Source of the DNA: Planctomycetota bacterium
GTDB lineage: Bacteria; Planctomycetota; B15-G4; SIAN01
Assembly: GCA_031409275.1 (NCBI GenBank)
Contig: JANNXA010000042.1
Coordinates: 1-58,864 of the forward strand
DNA length: 58,864 nucleotides
Reading direction: 5' to 3'
Shown in pieces: positions 1 to 9,343 of this stretch; the stretch's first letter is position 1; each line of letters opens with the position of its first letter. The position numbers and the translations under genes were made by a program. Below the pieces are notes generated by a model, which worked only from the letters and a program-made list of their open reading frames with translations, searched no databases and was not told the origin of the DNA.

Positions 1-49
1 GCGACGACCCACTGGCGAAGAGGACACCCTGCTCGCTACTGTCGTGCAC
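1..49 (-). CDS. 5' end of a gene running off the window; possibly ribose-phosphate pyrophosphokinase
   Basis: GTG at 49 opens VHDSSEQGVLFASGSS, resembling the Prs N-terminal 'lfsGss' motif; only 16 codons visible. Confidence 0.25.
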   Translation of the reverse strand, partial: MHDSSEQGVLFASGSS

Positions 50-143
50 GCTGAAAGCCCCTCGAATGCCTCGGATCAGCTGTGGTAGGCCGATTCGTAC
101 GCATCGAGGGCTTTCGCGTTTCAGGGATTACGAATAATCCGGG

Positions 144-1157
144 TTAGCGGAGTTCTCTCAGGAACTGCAGCAGCTTCGCCATGTCCTCTTCGAGCGGACA
201 TTCGAAGTCGAGTTCGCGGCCATCGATCGGATGCTCGAAGCGCAGCCGAGCGGCGTGCAGCGCCTGTCGGTTGAAGTTCGGCACCGGCAGCCCCTCCGCC
301 TTGCGCTCGGCGATCATTCGGTAGTACTGACCCACCGCCTGGCGACCGTAGATCGGATCGGCGATGCACGGGTGGCCAAGATGGCCGAGGTGCAGCCGGA
401 TCTGGTGGGTGCGGCCCGTCAACGGCGAGCAGCGCAGGTAGGTGTAGCCCGGCAGCCGCTCGATCACTTCGTAGAAGGTCGAGGCGGGCTTGCCAGCGAC
501 GAGATCGATGCGCTGGCGGTCGAACTGCTTGGGGTCGGGGCCGATGGGCAGATCGATGTAGTCCGACTGCAGCGCCATCTTCCCGACGACGATGGCGTGG
601 TACTCCTTCTTCACCGTCCGCGCCTTGAACTGCTGCACGAGCTTGTATCGCGCCGCGTTCGACAGGGCGACGACCATGAGCCCGGAGGTGTCGCGGTCGA
701 GGCGATGGACGACGCCGGGCCGCTCGGGCGCGCCGACCTCGCGGATATGCGGCCAGCGGTGCAGGAGGCCGTTCGCCAACGTGCCGGCGCTGCGCCCGGC
801 GCCGGGGTGGACCGCGAGGCCGAGCGGCTTCTTCACGACGGCGAGGTGGGGATCCTCGTAGAGCACGTCGAAGGCGATCGCTTCGGGCTGGAGAGACCGG
901 TCGGGCGGCGGCGTCGGGTCGAATTCGACCTTGGCCCCCTCGACCAGCGTGTGAGCCGGGCGAACGCACAACCCGTTGACGCGCACCGCGCCGGCCTCGA
1001 TGCGACCGACCAGGAAGGAACGCGAATAGGCCGGGCGCAGCTGGTTGCCGAGCCAGCGGTCCAACCGCTCGCCCGCCGCGGTCGCGTCGACGGTGAAACG
1101 CACCGGTTCGAGCGACGGCTCACCGACCGCGTCGTCCGCTTCGATCTCTTCGCTCAC
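144..1157 (-). CDS. rluD: RluA/RluD family 23S rRNA pseudouridine synthase
   Basis: S4-like N-terminus (ERLDRWL..YSRS), KPLGLAVHPG, catalytic VHRLDRDTSG, TGRTHQIRLH, RQALHA; GTG 1157 chosen (ORF open to 1223). Confidence 0.9.
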   Translation of the reverse strand: MSEEIEADDAVGEPSLEPVRFTVDATAAGERLDRWLGNQLRPAYSRSFLVGRIEAGAVRVNGLCVRPAHTLVEGAKVEFDPTPPPDRSLQPEAIAFDVLYEDPHLAVVKKPLGLAVHPGAGRSAGTLANGLLHRWPHIREVGAPERPGVVHRLDRDTSGLMVVALSNAARYKLVQQFKARTVKKEYHAIVVGKMALQSDYIDLPIGPDPKQFDRQRIDLVAGKPASTFYEVIERLPGYTYLRCSPLTGRTHQIRLHLGHLGHPCIADPIYGRQAVGQYYRMIAERKAEGLPVPNFNRQALHAARLRFEHPIDGRELDFECPLEEDMAKLLQFLRELR

Positions 1158-1382
1158 GCCGTCTCCACGTCCCGGAAGCAGGCCCCGCGTCGGATTCCCG
1201 CCCCCATCGGGCGAGCGGTCCAAACGGTGCTATTCCCGGCCACTCAATTGATGTTCTCGCAGCGGGGAGCTACGTTCCCCCGCTCGGTTCCAGGCCGCAC
1301 CGATCATTCGTACCGAAGCTCTCGACCGGATCAGGGGGGTCGGATCATCGAAGCGCCTTCCGGAAGTTGTATCAGGCCGAGC

Positions 1383-2345
1383 GTGCTGGTCGTCGATGAC
1401 GATCCGGCGATCTTGGAATTGATCGCGGCTCGGCTGCAGGCCGAATTCGACGTCGTCCACACCAGCGACCCCTTCGAGGCCAGCGACCTCGCCCGCAGCC
1501 GGCGCTTCGATCTGCACCTCTACGACCTGTCGATGGAGCCGCTGCCGGGGCTCGAGCTGCTGCTGCTGACTCTGGCTCACGCCTCCGACGCCGCGGTCGT
1601 GCTGATGACCGGCGAACCGTCGATCGAGCGGGCGGTCGAGGCCCTGCGCGCCGGCGCGACCGACATGCTGCTCAAGCCCCTTCGTTTCGACGATCTGCCG
1701 GCGACGCTGTGGCGCGCCCTGCAGAAAGCCAAGGCGCGCGGCGTGAACCAGGGAGTGCGGGTCGCAGCGGTCCACGACGCGTTGACGCGCGCGGTCGAAG
1801 CCAAGGACCCGACCACGTCCGGCCACGGCGAGCGCGTGCGCCACCTTTGTCGCCGCGTCGGTGAGGCGTTCGGACTCGCGCCGGCCGATCTGGAGGTCCT
1901 CGACAGTGCGGCGGCGCTGCATGACATCGGCAAGATCGGCGTTCCAGATGCGGTGCTGAGCAAGCCCGGTGCGCTCACGCCGGTCGAGTTCGACATGATC
2001 AAGAAGCACCCGGAAGTCGGCTTCCGCATCCTCGAACCGGTGCCAGGACTCGACGCGGTGCGCCGCTGCGTGGTGGAGCACCACGAGCGCTGGGATGGCA
2101 AGGGCTATCCCTACGGTCGCCGCTCGACCGAGATCTCGATGCCCGGCCGCGTGCTGATCCTGGCGGAGGTGTTCGACGCCCTCTCCCATGCCCGCTCCTA
2201 CAAGAGCGCCTGGTCGCGACCGCAGATCGAGGGCTTCTTTCGCGACGCTCGCGGCAGCCATTTCGATCCGGAACTGACCGATTCGTTCCTCGGCCTGATC
2301 GAGCGCGACTTCGAGCTCCTCGTCCAGCCGAATGGGGCTCGTTGA
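1383..2345 (+). CDS. Response regulator with HD-GYP cyclic-dinucleotide phosphodiesterase domain (RpfG-like)
   Basis: REC domain (VLVVDDD, YDLSM, MTG, KP) then HDIGKIG, HHERWDGKGYP; start could instead be ATG 1251. Confidence 0.9.
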   Translation: MLVVDDDPAILELIAARLQAEFDVVHTSDPFEASDLARSRRFDLHLYDLSMEPLPGLELLLLTLAHASDAAVVLMTGEPSIERAVEALRAGATDMLLKPLRFDDLPATLWRALQKAKARGVNQGVRVAAVHDALTRAVEAKDPTTSGHGERVRHLCRRVGEAFGLAPADLEVLDSAAALHDIGKIGVPDAVLSKPGALTPVEFDMIKKHPEVGFRILEPVPGLDAVRRCVVEHHERWDGKGYPYGRRSTEISMPGRVLILAEVFDALSHARSYKSAWSRPQIEGFFRDARGSHFDPELTDSFLGLIERDFELLVQPNGAR

Positions 2346-2571
2346 CGAAGAGCCCCTCGTGGGGCCGCGTTACCGAGAGCGGAACGCGGCGTAGCCATTG
2401 GGTCCGGCCGACTCCAACCGATGCGGTCGGCAGCGCCTCCAGGGGCTGCACGCCTTGTGCCTCTCCGGGGGGCCGTTATGGTTCCGCGCTCGATTTGCGC
2501 CTAGACGTAGCTGGCGGTCCATCTCCCCGTGCCTCGGACCGGGACGCGTGAGCCGCTTGCGGAGGACCGAG

Positions 2572-4548
2572 ATGCTGCTTCGCTTCGCGAGGAAGCCGGC
2601 CAGTTTGGCCGTCATCGCCGCCCTGCTCCCGCCGATCGGCCTCCCCCCCACTGGCGAGCCCGCTCCCAAGGCGGCGCCCGGACTGCGCACCGACTGCCGC
2701 AGCCACACGAATGGCGCGACCACCGGAGCGGTTCCCACCAACATGGTGCTGGTTCCGGGTGGCTCGTTCACGATGGGCATGTCCGAGAAGCTGCTGTCGA
2801 AGTGGCTCGAAGGGGACAGCGACACGCGCAGCCAGGCGGCCGAACACCTCGTCGCCGTCTATCCCGACCACAACGAGGTCTGCGAGGACCTGCTGGTCGA
2901 CAAGTTCGAGTCGTCGAACCTCCAGTACAAGACCTGGCTCGACGCGCACGGCAAGCAGCCTGACGAACTCACCATCAAGTACAACTGGAGCAGCTTCAAG
3001 AACGGCAAGCAGGTCGAGGGGCTCCCGCCCGGCCAGGAACAGCACCCGATCCGCTGCATCTCCGCGGAAGAGGCTCGCGAGAGCCTGCGCTGGATCGGCA
3101 AGCGGCTGCCGACCGAATTGGAGTGGGCCTACGTCGTGACGCGCGGCCTCAAGCCGGATCAGGCCTATCCGTGGGGCGGCGCGATCGGCACCTGGGACCC
3201 GACCAAGTGCGCCAACTCGTCCAACTCCGCGCGCGGCGCCCAGGGGCCTCAGAGCTTCCCGCCCGGTTCGTGGAAAGAGGACGTCACCGTCGACGGCATC
3301 CTCGACATGTGCGGCAACGTCTGCGAATGGACGAGTTCGCCGTTCGTGCAGTACCCCGGGTTCCAGCCGCTCGAGATCAAGGACGTCAAGGACGGCAAGA
3401 ACAAGAAGCTCAAGCTCAGCGGTCGCTTCAGCGCCGATGAGTTCGTCGTGCGTGGCGGCTCCTTCTTCGGCAACCACATCACGAACAATGTCTTCTGGCG
3501 CAAGGGTGAGAACCCGATGCAGCGCCTCGAGGGCGTCGGCTACCGCGGCGTGATGTCGGCGCTGCCCGGCATCGACGCTCTGGCCGACGCGCAGAAGTCG
3601 CTGACCCTGTTGGCCACCGACTTCAAGGGACGACTCGAGCTGACCAAGGACGGCGTCGCCGGACAGGTGCTGCAGTACGTCGACCCGGAGACCAACGTCC
3701 TTCGCGGCGGCAAGCACCTCGCATTCACGCGCGTCACCTCGATCCTCGCCCCGCTGATGAAGGTCGAGCGCGACTCGGTCGACAAGCCGGTCCTGCTCGG
3801 CATCCTCACGGTCTCTTCGCCGATCGCCCACCCGAACCTTCCAGCGGGCAACTACGGCCTCTACTTCAAGGGAAAGGGCACTTCGGACGAGCAGAAGAAG
3901 GCGCTCGAAGATGCCAAGAAGCACGAGAAGGCCGGCGGCAAGGAGAAGAAGGCCGGCGATCCGAAGGACGACCCCAAGTCCGATCCGAAGGATGGCGACA
4001 AGAAGGGCGACAAGAAGAAGGACGACAAGAAGTCCGGCAAGGCCGACAAGGCCGACAAGGCCGACAAGGACGCGAAGGACGGCGGCAAGAAGGGCGACGA
4101 CAAGAAGGACGAGCCGAAGCCCGCCGATGCGGCCGACCCGAAGAAGGACGAGAAGAGCGCGGATGAACTCGCCGCGGAAGCGGCTGATGCCGCCACGAAG
4201 AAGGCGCTCGAGGACATTGGCGCGGTCAAGGCCACGGAAGTGTCGCTCGTGGATGTTCCGACCGATCGCGCGGTGATCCTCTTCAAGAACGAGGCCGACC
4301 GCATCGTGGGGTTCATCGACGCGAAGTTCCTCGCCGACCAGGCGCCCCATGCCGTACGACTGACCTACAAGCCCAGCGCAGCGGGTTCTGCCAAGAGCAC
4401 CGCGGCAGCCGGCGGATCACCGATGGTGGTCGCCGCCCACGACCTCGCCCGGCTCGTCTTCACGGTGAAGATGGGCACCGGGACGCGCTTCCCTGAGTTC
4501 GACCTCCCGCTCGAGTTCGCGGCGGGGAGCTTTGAGCCGATCGAATAG
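2572..4548 (+). CDS. Secreted FGE-sulfatase (SUMF1/EgtB/PvdO) domain protein with Lys/Asp-rich low-complexity insert
   Basis: MVLVPGGSFTMG, KRLPTELEW, YPWG, DMCGNVCEW, VVRGGSF; hydrophobic N-terminus; K/D-rich tract about 3890-4200. Confidence 0.85.
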   Translation: MLLRFARKPASLAVIAALLPPIGLPPTGEPAPKAAPGLRTDCRSHTNGATTGAVPTNMVLVPGGSFTMGMSEKLLSKWLEGDSDTRSQAAEHLVAVYPDHNEVCEDLLVDKFESSNLQYKTWLDAHGKQPDELTIKYNWSSFKNGKQVEGLPPGQEQHPIRCISAEEARESLRWIGKRLPTELEWAYVVTRGLKPDQAYPWGGAIGTWDPTKCANSSNSARGAQGPQSFPPGSWKEDVTVDGILDMCGNVCEWTSSPFVQYPGFQPLEIKDVKDGKNKKLKLSGRFSADEFVVRGGSFFGNHITNNVFWRKGENPMQRLEGVGYRGVMSALPGIDALADAQKSLTLLATDFKGRLELTKDGVAGQVLQYVDPETNVLRGGKHLAFTRVTSILAPLMKVERDSVDKPVLLGILTVSSPIAHPNLPAGNYGLYFKGKGTSDEQKKALEDAKKHEKAGGKEKKAGDPKDDPKSDPKDGDKKGDKKKDDKKSGKADKADKADKDAKDGGKKGDDKKDEPKPADAADPKKDEKSADELAAEAADAATKKALEDIGAVKATEVSLVDVPTDRAVILFKNEADRIVGFIDAKFLADQAPHAVRLTYKPSAAGSAKSTAAAGGSPMVVAAHDLARLVFTVKMGTGTRFPEFDLPLEFAAGSFEPIE

Positions 4549-4728
4549 GCGCTTGCAGCGGACGAGCGAAGCTCGCCGCTGAAGCGCGCGATCGGCTGAC
4601 GAAGGCGCCGCGTGAGCGGTTCGCCGCTCGAACACCTTTCGCCCGGCGCCTTCGCAGCACGATCGAACACTGCAGCTGACGGCCGCCGGTGGCGGCCGCA
4701 GCTGAGTGGGCCGCTGGGAGGGTGGTGG

Positions 4729-4937
4729 GGCGAGCGGCTGCGGGTACGCAGCGCTCGGCGACCGTGGCGAGGCGAGCGGCGCGAACGAGCGGCCGCGGCG
4801 CGGCGCTCGATGACGGGGGCGGGGCGCGCGAGCGGCCGCTGCGCGGCGCTCGATGACGGCGGTGAGGCGAGCGACCGCGGCGCGGTGCTCGATGAAGGCG
4901 GTGAGGCGAGCGGCTGCGGGTACGCAGCGCTCGGCGA
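4729..4937. repeat. Array of about 5 palindromic REP-like units between convergent genes
   Basis: Units CGAGCG-[GCCGCGGCGCGG or GCTGCGGGTACGCAG]-CGCTCG at about 4729, 4786, 4828, 4867 and 4906. Confidence 0.8.
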
Positions 4938-4969
4938 AGAGGGGCGAGGAGACGGGAAGCGGGCGGCGG

Positions 4970-7723
4970 TCAGCCAGCCAGCTCCTTCAGCTGAGCGGCG
5001 ACCTTCGACTGCTCGTCACGCAGCTGGCCCATGCGCTCGCGCTCGCGGGCGACGACGTCGGCGGGGGCGCGCGCCACGAAGCCCTCGTTGGCGAGCTTCG
5101 CCTCGATCTGCGCGACCTGCTTGGCGATCTCCTCGCATCGCTTGGCGAGTTCCTTCGAACGCGCCACCTTGTCGACGAGGCCGGCCAGCGGCAGGTAGAG
5201 CTCGGCGGCGCCAAACGGCTGCACGGGCACGACGGCAGCGTCGGAGTCGGCCGGACGGGCGAGGTCCGTCGCGAACGCGGCGAGGTTGCAGCGGGCGAGC
5301 CGCTCGAACCACGGCTGCGCTTCCTTCAGCACCGCGACGAGTCGCGCGTCGGGCAGCTTCACGTGCGCTGCCACCACGGCGTGCTCGGCGATCTTGTTCT
5401 CCGCGCGCAACTTGCGCAGCGCCGAGGTGATCTCCTGCAGGCCGGCCATCGCGGCAGCCGCCTCGTCATTGCGCGCCGTGCGCGGCGGCAGTGCCGACGC
5501 CTGCGGCCATGGCGCGACGATCAGGTCGGGGGCCGCGGTCGGCACGAAGCCGGCGCTCTTCAGGTGGCCCCACAGCGACTCGGTGACGAAGGGCGCCATC
5601 GGGTGGAGCAGGTGGAGCAGCGTCTCGATCACCTGGACCGCGATGGCGCTGGCCATCCGCCGCGACGCGGGATCGGCGGCGGCGTCGAGGCGCACCTTGG
5701 CGATCTCGACGTACCAATCGCAGAGGTCGTTCCAGGTGAAGCGGCGCAGCGCGTGGCTCGCCTCGTGGAAGCGGCAGGCGGGGATCGCGGCGGTCACCGT
5801 CTCCACCGTCTCGCGCAAGCGCGCCAGGATCCAGCGATCCTCGAGGCGCGTGGCCTGCGCGAGATCGACGCCGACGACGTCCTCCTTCGCGACCTTCTGC
5901 AGGACGAAGCGCGTCGCGTTCCAGAACTTGTTGACGAAGTTGCGCGCCTCCTCGACGCGCTGCTCGCTGAAGCGGATGTCCTGGCCCTCGACGGTCAGCA
6001 GCATCAGCGACACGCGCATCGCGTCGGCGCCGTACTTGTCGATCATGTCGATCGGGTCGATGCCGTTGCCGAGCGACTTGCTCATGCGCCGGCCCTGGCC
6101 GTCCAGCACGGTGGCGTTGATGTAGCAGACGTCGAACGGGCAGCGCTGGTCGAACGGCAGGTGGTCGGCGAAGGCGTAGCCCGCCATGACCATGCGCGCG
6201 ACCCACAGGTAGATGATCTCGCGCGCCGTCGACAGGAACTGCGTCGGGTAGTAGCGCGCAAGGTCGTCGGTCTTGCGGGGCCAGCCCAGCGTCGCGAGCG
6301 GCCACAGCCAGCTCGACGCCCAGGTGTCCAGCACGTCGGGGTCCTGACGGACGATGGGCTTGCCGCTCTTGGGATGGCGGTCGCCGATCGAAAGCTCGGT
6401 GCGCGACGCGACGGCGAGCCCGTCGGCGTCGTACCAGACCGGAATGCGGTGGCCCCACCACAGCTGGCGGCTGATGCACCAGTCGCGGACGTTCTCGAGC
6501 CAGTCGAGATAGACCTTGCTCCAGCGCTCCGGCACGAAGCGCAGCTTGCCGCTCTTCACTGCATCGATGGCGGGCTTGGCGAGCGGCTCCATCTGAACGA
6601 ACCACTGCTCGCTGATGCGCGGCTCGATGACCGAGCCGGAGCGGTCCGAGAGCGCGACCGACATCTCGTGGTCTTCGGTCTTCTCCAGGAGCCCCGCCGC
6701 GTCGAGGTCGGCGATCAGCCGCTTCCGCGCCTCTTCGCGCGAGAGCCCCTGGTAGCGGCCGCCATGCTCGTTGATGCGGCCCGCGTCGGTCAGCACCGAG
6801 ATCACCGGCAGCTTGAAGCGCTGGCCGCGCGCGTAGTCGTTGGGATCGTGGCCCGGCGTCACCTTCACCGCGCCCGTCCCGAAGCCGAGCTCGACGGTGT
6901 CGTCGGCCAGCACCGGGATCGACCGTTCCATCAGCGGCAGGATCACGCGCTTGCCGATCAGGTGCTTCCAGCGCGGCTCGTCGGGATGCACCACGACCGC
7001 CGTGTCGCCGAGCATCGTCTCGGGACGCGTGGTCGCCACGACGATGAACTCGCCGGGCGTCCCTTCCACCGGATAGCGCAGGTGCCAGAGCTTGCCCTTG
7101 CGCGTCTCGTGGTTGATCTCGTCGTCGCCGACCGCGGTCTGCAGCACGCAGTCCCAGTTCACCAGGCGTGGCCCGCGGTAGATCAGCCCCTGCTCGAAGA
7201 GGCGCACGAAGCTCTCGCGCACGGCGGCGGAGAGGTCTTCGTCCATCGTGAACTTCTGGCGCGTGTAGTCGGCCGAGCAGCCCATGCGGCGCAACTGCTC
7301 GACGATGCGGCTGCCGTACTGCTCTTTCCACTTCCAGACTTCTGCCAGGAACGCCTCGCGACCGAGCTGCTCGCGCGTCTGGTTCTTCTCCTTGAACAGC
7401 TTCTTCTCGACGACGGCCTGCGTGGCGATGCCGGCGTGGTCGGTGCCCGGCACCCACAGCGTCTCCTTGCCGCTCTTGCGGTGGAAACGGACCATCGCGT
7501 CCTGCACGCTGTTGTTGAGCGCGTGGCCCATGTGCAGCGAGCCGGTGACGTTGGGCGGCGGGATCATCACGACGAAGCGACCGCCGCGATCGGCGGCCGC
7601 CGCATCTCCGCGGCCGCCGGTGGCGTTTCGATCGGGCTGGAATGCGCCCGACTGCTCCCAACGGGCGAAGAGCGGCGACTCCGACTCTTCGGGGGAAAAG
7701 CGGTTCTGGATCTCGAAAGCCAT
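4970..7723 (-). CDS. valS: Valine--tRNA ligase
   Basis: PPPNVTGSLHMGH, PGTDHAGIATQ, ATTRPETMLGD, WCISRQLWWGH, RMSKS, C-terminal coiled coil (KLANEGFVARAP); ATG 7723. Confidence 0.97.
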   Translation of the reverse strand: MAFEIQNRFSPEESESPLFARWEQSGAFQPDRNATGGRGDAAAADRGGRFVVMIPPPNVTGSLHMGHALNNSVQDAMVRFHRKSGKETLWVPGTDHAGIATQAVVEKKLFKEKNQTREQLGREAFLAEVWKWKEQYGSRIVEQLRRMGCSADYTRQKFTMDEDLSAAVRESFVRLFEQGLIYRGPRLVNWDCVLQTAVGDDEINHETRKGKLWHLRYPVEGTPGEFIVVATTRPETMLGDTAVVVHPDEPRWKHLIGKRVILPLMERSIPVLADDTVELGFGTGAVKVTPGHDPNDYARGQRFKLPVISVLTDAGRINEHGGRYQGLSREEARKRLIADLDAAGLLEKTEDHEMSVALSDRSGSVIEPRISEQWFVQMEPLAKPAIDAVKSGKLRFVPERWSKVYLDWLENVRDWCISRQLWWGHRIPVWYDADGLAVASRTELSIGDRHPKSGKPIVRQDPDVLDTWASSWLWPLATLGWPRKTDDLARYYPTQFLSTAREIIYLWVARMVMAGYAFADHLPFDQRCPFDVCYINATVLDGQGRRMSKSLGNGIDPIDMIDKYGADAMRVSLMLLTVEGQDIRFSEQRVEEARNFVNKFWNATRFVLQKVAKEDVVGVDLAQATRLEDRWILARLRETVETVTAAIPACRFHEASHALRRFTWNDLCDWYVEIAKVRLDAAADPASRRMASAIAVQVIETLLHLLHPMAPFVTESLWGHLKSAGFVPTAAPDLIVAPWPQASALPPRTARNDEAAAAMAGLQEITSALRKLRAENKIAEHAVVAAHVKLPDARLVAVLKEAQPWFERLARCNLAAFATDLARPADSDAAVVPVQPFGAAELYLPLAGLVDKVARSKELAKRCEEIAKQVAQIEAKLANEGFVARAPADVVARERERMGQLRDEQSKVAAQLKELAG

Positions 7724-7776
7724 CGCCTCGATCTCGCTTGGAACTCCGGCAGCGCCGGAATGCAAAGCGCGACAGG

Positions 7777-7944
7777 CTAGCAGCCCATTCGAGAACTCTC
7801 CGAGTCGCCCGGCGGCGTCTTTCGAGCCGGTACTTCGTCGGACGTTCTCGACAACTCTCAGGGGAGTTGGCTTCGAACCTCCTCCTCGTCCCGACTCGAA
7901 ATCCACTCCCCGGACTCGCGGCGACTTCTCCAACGGGCTGCTAG
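7777..7944 (-). repeat. 168-bp inverted-repeat-bounded long-hairpin element (MITE-like or structured RNA), copy 1
   Basis: Ends CTAGCAGCCCATTCGAGAACTC / GACTTCTCCAACGGGCTGCTAG; its reverse complement aligns without gaps to 38870-39037. Confidence 0.85.
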
Positions 7945-7990
7945 CAGGCGCGCCGACCAAGTCGGGACGATGCCGCTCGCGGCGCGGCGT

Positions 7991-9205
7991 TCAGGCGCGC
8001 GCGCCGCGGCCGATCGGCTTGGCGAACCAGCCTTGCAGCGCTCCCGCACTCGCCAGCTGCAGGTCGGCCGCCAGCGCCGAGCTCTCGGTGAAGCGACGCT
8101 CGCGCACGCCAGCGAGACCGGCGCCGTAGAGCGCGAAGGGGACCGGACCGGCCGCGGTCGCCCGCGTCTCGACGGCCGTCGAGTGGTCGGAAGTGACCAG
8201 CAGCCGGCGTTCGAGCGGCGCCGCGTCGATCCACGCCAGCAGCGGCGCGACGATCTCGCGATCGACACGCTCGATCTGCGCCACCTTGCGGCGAGCATCG
8301 CCGCTGCGGGACGCCTCGTTCACCGCCGCGACGTGGACCACCGTCAGCGCGTGGCTGTCGACGAGCGCCAACGCCGCCTGCGCCTTCGCGGCGAGGTCGG
8401 AGCGCTCGTCAGCGGTGGTGCCGGCCACCCGCGGCGCACTGAAGCCGGCGCCGAGCGCGAGCCCTCGCACCAGCGGCGCCGCGGCGACGAACGCGACGCT
8501 CGCGCCGAACGGTCCCGCCGTGCGCGGCAGGCTGCACGCACTGCCTTCGCCCCACGGCCACACGGCGTCTGCCGGGTTCTCGCCGAGATCGACGCGAACG
8601 CGATTCACTTCGTGCGGCCGCAGCTTCGCCCACGCCGCCTCGATGAATCCCCGCAACGCCATCGAATCGCGGCCGTGCGGCAGGTGAGCCGCGAGCGGCT
8701 GGCCCAGCACGACATGCGGTGGAACCGTCTCGATGGCATGGAGCGCGCCGCCGGGAAGGAGCAGCAGATGGCGGTAGCCCGAGCCGGCGATCAACCGCCA
8801 GCCTGCCGGCAGCACGTCAGGCGCACGCAGCACTTCGAGCAGCAGATTCGCCTCATGATCGGTGACGTGGCCGGCACGCGTGTCGGCCAACGCCCCTTCG
8901 AACGTCGAGACGAAGTTCACGCGCAGCGCGAGGTCGTCCGGCGCCAGCTCGACGCCAAGTCCGAGCGCTTCGAGCGGGCCGCGTCGCAGATCGAGCGCCG
9001 CCGCGTCCCAGCCGAGCAATGCCGGCAGTCCCGTCACCGCGCTCGGCGACGCGCCTGGAACGGTCAGGTCGACGCTGCCCATCCGCCCGCGCGTCGCCAA
9101 CGCGTCGAGCGCGGGGTGGTCGGCCACCTCGAGCGGCGTCTTGCCCTCGAGCGCCTGCAACGGCCGCTCGGCGAGGCCCGGGATCACGATCATCAGCGCG
9201 CGCAT
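7991..9205 (-). CDS. ApgM-family (cofactor-independent phosphoglycerate mutase-like) protein with degenerate active site
   Basis: LEGKTPLEVA, RGPLEALGLG, LALRVNFVS, GSGYRHLL, HEVNRVR..G.NPADAVWPWGEG, TSDHST, PVPF. Confidence 0.8.
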   Translation of the reverse strand: MRALMIVIPGLAERPLQALEGKTPLEVADHPALDALATRGRMGSVDLTVPGASPSAVTGLPALLGWDAAALDLRRGPLEALGLGVELAPDDLALRVNFVSTFEGALADTRAGHVTDHEANLLLEVLRAPDVLPAGWRLIAGSGYRHLLLLPGGALHAIETVPPHVVLGQPLAAHLPHGRDSMALRGFIEAAWAKLRPHEVNRVRVDLGENPADAVWPWGEGSACSLPRTAGPFGASVAFVAAAPLVRGLALGAGFSAPRVAGTTADERSDLAAKAQAALALVDSHALTVVHVAAVNEASRSGDARRKVAQIERVDREIVAPLLAWIDAAPLERRLLVTSDHSTAVETRATAAGPVPFALYGAGLAGVRERRFTESSALAADLQLASAGALQGWFAKPIGRGARA

Positions 9206-9343
9206 GGCGGCCCCCCCTCCGCGTGAACGATGCGCCGCGACGTTACGGCCCGCCAGGCGGCGCGTCCACGCGAGAGGAGAGCCGAGGAACGCGACGGCGC
9301 CGGGCCGCGTGTGCGACCCGGCGCCGTTTCATCGATCGTTCGG

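Noticed and set aside
2572..4548. Formylglycine-generating maturase for the two sulfatase-like genes
   Set aside because: Catalytic Cys pair absent, and both sulfatase-like proteins lack C/SxPxR
4729..4937. CRISPR array
   Set aside because: Repeats are degenerate, the intervening sequences are short and similar to each other, and there are no cas genes
4853..7780. Long antisense and alternate-frame ORFs (e.g. 4853-7780, 9824-12244, 14888-16726, 55985-58828)
   Set aside because: Shadow ORFs of high-GC genes; Arg/Ala/Gly-rich with no family motifs
7724..7990. T-box riboswitch upstream of valS
   Set aside because: No T-box UGGNACC antiterminator bulge or specifier stem recognised; the region is explained by the dispersed 168-bp element
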